This document shows positions 63,934 to 64,000 of a stretch of 64,000 nucleotides of DNA, in pieces. The stretch spans positions 148,253 to 212,252 of the forward strand of contig VRVR01000009.1 of NCBI GenBank assembly GCA_009859145.1, written 5' to 3'. The stretch's first letter is position 1. Every line of letters begins with the position of its first letter. Position numbers and translations under genes: made by a program. The notes under the pieces are model-generated. The model saw only the letters and a program-made list of their open reading frames with translations, was not told the origin of the DNA and searched no databases. This DNA comes from Andalucia godoyi And28 (taxonomy: Eukaryota; Protista; Jakobida).

Positions 63934-63980
<47 letters not shown>
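63934..63980 (+). repeat. (TG)n microsatellite upstream of MAEA
   Basis: Read directly from sequence. Confidence 0.97.
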
Positions 63981-63982
<2 letters not shown>

Positions 63983-64000
63983 TCGTGTACAACGTAAACC

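Noticed and set aside
1-64000. tRNA, rRNA and spliceosomal snRNA genes
   Set aside because: No T-loop/cloverleaf, rRNA or U1/U2/U4/U5/U6 signature was found by eye; a covariance-model scan would be needed to exclude divergent ones.

Overview
Gene-dense, intron-poor eukaryotic DNA, most likely from a flagellated protist. Short AT- and microsatellite-rich spacers separate the genes. Spliceosomal introns have GTATGT donors, plus one GCATGT donor. A discoban or jakobid-like host is only a guess. About 25 protein genes are present: VPS18, a DHHC palmitoyltransferase, a TMEM237-like protein, SMC5, HOP2, a PDK1-like kinase-WD40 fusion, TOP1, PP5, TEX261/Svp26, BRR2, a flavin-reductase-WD40 fusion, a bacterial-type PssA, MIC60, an aftiphilin/synergin-like protein, UTP5/WDR43, calcineurin B, mL38, PI4K-alpha, YOS1, MAEA/FYV10 and several unknowns. 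The most striking accessory signal is three differently deleted, non-autonomous remnants of one Fanzor2 (eukaryotic TnpB) family at about 5.1-5.6 kb, 39.0-39.3 kb and 39.6-40.1 kb. All three have lost most of the nuclease. All three keep a 3' omega-RNA-like scaffold with compensatory stems, a loop-to-3'-end pseudoknot and a common end (CAGTGTAYARTGTAGGCG), and each is followed by a different potential guide. A second, unidentified dispersed element occurs twice in inverted orientation (7.2-7.75 kb and 51.5-51.9 kb). All family calls come from motif recognition by eye; no database searches were run.
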